Shown here piece after piece: positions 34,687 to 36,502 of a stretch of 36,502 nt of DNA (position 1 is its first letter; each line of letters begins with the position of its first letter). The position numbers were made by a program, and so were the translations under genes. The stretch spans positions 1 to 36,502 of IMG/VR virus record IMGVR_UViG_3300032280_001026; one strand, 5' to 3'. The notes under the pieces are model-generated. The model was not told the DNA's origin. It did no database searches and saw nothing but the letters and a program-made list of their open reading frames with translations. Source of the stretch: a virus (Duplodnaviria > Caudoviricetes).

Positions 34687-35384
34687 AAGATCCAAAAAGT
34701 TTTCTTCTAAAAAAGATAAAATTTCTTCTTGAGCAAGAAGAAAAAGCAAAAGAATCAGGTCCAAATACACCTGAAAGCCCACTCTTGCTTAGAGATCCTA
34801 AGGCAAGAGCAAGACCGGCTGCTGACTCTGTAGATGATCAAATTGATGCACTCTTACTTAGATATGAATCAGCTTCAATTAGAAAAGGAGATTCTATCAA
34901 TGAGTCATTAAAAAAACTTAATCTTAGATTTCTTCTCGAGCAAGACGAAGAGCCTGCTGATGAAGAGCCCGTAGAAGAGCCTGCAGATGCAGAGCCTGCA
35001 GAAGAGCCTACAGACGAAGAGCCTGCAGATGAAAGTGAAGAACCTGATCCTTCCGGTAGTGATGACATGTCAGTCACTAGTCCAGCTCCAAGACAAAAAG
35101 TTCCTGACTTAGATATTGATAAGTTTACATCAAGAGTAGTTCGACTAATGAATAACTACGAAAGTTTGCTTAACATTGAAGAGTCTATTATCAATAGAGC
35201 CAAATCTTTTCTAGATGAAAACTACGGCGAAGCATTTGTTTATGAGTTTGTTAACAATCTTAGCAATCAATACGGACTTGAAACATCTGAGTTTGGAAAT
35301 ATACCTGCAATATCAGACGATAAATTTGCTGTTGGGGCTTTTGCTGGCGGAACTGGAGGATTAGGCGGCGGTGGCGGAGGGTGA
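34683..35384 (+). CDS. Hypothetical acidic protein with EEPAD repeats and Gly-rich C-terminus
   Basis: AGGAG RBS; FLLEQ occurs twice; low-complexity linker. Confidence 0.7.
   Translation: MKDPKSFLLKKIKFLLEQEEKAKESGPNTPESPLLLRDPKARARPAADSVDDQIDALLLRYESASIRKGDSINESLKKLNLRFLLEQDEEPADEEPVEEPADAEPAEEPTDEEPADESEEPDPSGSDDMSVTSPAPRQKVPDLDIDKFTSRVVRLMNNYESLLNIEESIINRAKSFLDENYGEAFVYEFVNNLSNQYGLETSEFGNIPAISDDKFAVGAFAGGTGGLGGGGGG
34944..35048 (+). repeat. In-frame degenerate tandem repeat (GAY)GAAGAGCCTGCA encoding (D)EEP(A/V/T)
   Basis: About 7 imperfect 12-15-nt units visible in the sequence. Confidence 0.8.
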
Positions 35385-35673
35385 GAACTTGAGCGAATTA
35401 AGATCAGAAAAATTTAGTAAAAAGTCAGTTCATTTTAATATTTCAACTGATGCACACGGAGCTTTTAGAGTTGCTTGCTTTGAAAGAAACTTATCAATGC
35501 AAGAAGTATTTGAAGAATTTGTTCAACAAATTTTAGCTCAAACACCGCAAGTTCTAAAAATTCTAGATGAAATGTCAGATTTTAAAAAAAATAAAACAGA
35601 AAGAAAGTTTTCAAAACAAGATGCAGAGTCAATTTTTGATCTTATAGAAAGTAAAAATAGATTTAACGATTGA
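35371..35673 (+). CDS. Ribbon-helix-helix (ParG-like) DNA-binding protein (start uncertain)
   Basis: KKSVHFNI...AH..FR.AC.....SMQEV....V...L matches the ParG-type beta-alpha-alpha pattern. Confidence 0.6.
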   Translation: MAEGENLSELRSEKFSKKSVHFNISTDAHGAFRVACFERNLSMQEVFEEFVQQILAQTPQVLKILDEMSDFKKNKTERKFSKQDAESIFDLIESKNRFND

Positions 35674-35690
35674 CGATAAAGGAGTTTAAA

Positions 35691-35978
35691 GTGAAAGATG
35701 AAAATAATGTTATTGAAGACCTTAAAAATGAAAATAAAGAATCTACAATTATAAAAAAGTTAAAGAAGTCTCTTTACTTAAACAACACACAAAAAGGTAT
35801 TCTTGACTCATTACAAGAAAAGCTTGCTTCTAGAAAGCTTCTTGTCTTTTTAACTGCAACCGGATTGTTTATCGGCGCTGGTTTAGATCCAGAAACATGG
35901 GGAATGATCGCCATGATTTACATTGGAGGTCAATCAGCTATTGACATAGTCCAAACTTGGAGACACGGTCGACAATGA
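35691..35978 (+). CDS. Putative holin
   Basis: LASRKLLV followed by two short TM segments and YIGGQS.ID; AAGGAG RBS before GTG 35691. Confidence 0.55.
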   Translation: MKDENNVIEDLKNENKESTIIKKLKKSLYLNNTQKGILDSLQEKLASRKLLVFLTATGLFIGAGLDPETWGMIAMIYIGGQSAIDIVQTWRHGRQ

Positions 35979-36319
35979 ATTTTTTAATTAAAACTAAACG
36001 CTTTGTCACCAAACATTGGAAAGCATTAGTTGCAGCTTTGTTAGTTTTTTTTGGATATATCTTAGGTACTTCTGGGAATAGAGAAAAAGTTCTACAAAAA
36101 GATGTTAAGTCTTTGCAGAATTCACAAAAAAAGATTAATTCAAATACCGACAAAGCTGTTAAAAAATATATTGCCAGCAAAGAAAACAATCTTAAAGAAA
36201 AGATCTCTCAAGAAAGTGACGCTGATAAAAAAGAACGAGAAAGAAGAGAAGAATTATTAAAAGATTCTTCAAAACTTGATAAGATTCTTAAAGAAAAGTA
36301 TGGCTTAGAAGGAGAGTAA
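35975..36319 (+). CDS. Putative i-spanin-like protein (N-terminal TM plus coiled coil)
   Basis: WKALVAALLVFFGYIL then a charged helical region; ATGA overlap with the putative holin. Confidence 0.45.
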   Translation: MNFLIKTKRFVTKHWKALVAALLVFFGYILGTSGNREKVLQKDVKSLQNSQKKINSNTDKAVKKYIASKENNLKEKISQESDADKKERERREELLKDSSKLDKILKEKYGLEGE

Positions 36320-36320
36320 A

Positions 36321-36502
36321 TTGATTTTCTTTGGTCTATTGTTAGGAATTGCTAACGCGAATCCAGACTTCGCTCATATTAAGCAAGGTACTCGTGCACC
36401 TTTTTCAGGTGTCATTTTAACAAACGAATCTTTAACTGAGATAATTGCTAAAAATGAGCGAGAAGTTAGACAATGCAAAATCGATGCAGACTTTGCTTTT
36501 AA
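36321..36502 (+). CDS. Partial exported protein (3'-truncated; absent from the ORF track), possible spanin partner
   Basis: GGAG SD, TTG 36321: MIFFGLLLGIANA-NPDFAHIKQGTRAPFSGVILT..., open to the window end; signal peptide with AxA site, no lipobox Cys. Confidence 0.6.
   Translation, partial: MIFFGLLLGIANANPDFAHIKQGTRAPFSGVILTNESLTEIIAKNEREVRQCKIDADFAF

Noticed and set aside
34944-35048. Repeat as a CRISPR array, DGR or origin iterons
   Set aside because: Degenerate in-frame codon repeats encoding an acidic linker, with no unique spacers and no cas or RT gene
917-36189. All minus-strand ORFs and short alternative-frame plus-strand ORFs in the track (e.g. 917-1213, 24617-25063, 32684-33073, 1488-1703, 31088-31396)
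   Set aside because: They lie within well-supported plus-strand genes, have no recognisable motifs or RBS, and are expected shadow ORFs
1-36502. Cellular bacterial chromosome or eukaryotic giant virus origin
   Set aside because: gp32-like SSB, gp41-like helicase, fibre-like and holin-like genes, SD sequences, intrinsic terminators and single-strand gene packing point to a large bacteriophage
1-36502. Stop-codon reassignment as seen in some large phages
   Set aside because: TAG, TGA and TAA all terminate conserved genes at their expected ends (nei TAG, dnaE-C TAG, guaC TGA) and coding density is already near complete
1-36502. tRNA or rRNA genes
   Set aside because: Intergenic gaps are short and AT-rich, and no cloverleaf with T-loop GTTCRA was found by eye

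Overview
A 36.5-kb, AT-rich, gene-dense segment with essentially every real gene on the + strand, best read as part of a large (jumbo-type) tailed dsDNA phage genome using the standard genetic code. It holds: (1) a replication block of T4 gp32-like SSB, RecA, 5'-3' exonuclease and gp41/DnaB helicase, followed by a class II (B12) ribonucleotide reductase and ClpP; (2) a block of probable virion proteins; (3) a pyrimidine-handling operon (zincless Nei glycosylase, gp56-like dUTPase/dCTPase, a dead-dUTPase+HAD nucleotidase fusion, a ThyX homologue with Cys at the signature Ser, an NDT-family N-glycosidase); (4) cell-wall and protease enzymes; (5) a bacterial-type DnaE polymerase fractured into two genes by a naturally split intein, with a free-standing zinc-finger/PD-(D/E)XK endonuclease between the halves whose RBS is locked in a hairpin; (6) GuaC, a dNMP kinase fused to a dCMP-type thymidylate-synthase-fold domain, two NDP-sugar epimerases, TK, DHH phosphoesterase, dCMP deaminase and SOD; (7) the start of a holin/spanin-like lysis cassette. 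The main leads are the split-intein DnaE locus and a probable undescribed cytosine/pyrimidine modification pathway. All calls come from motif reading by eye; no database searches were run.
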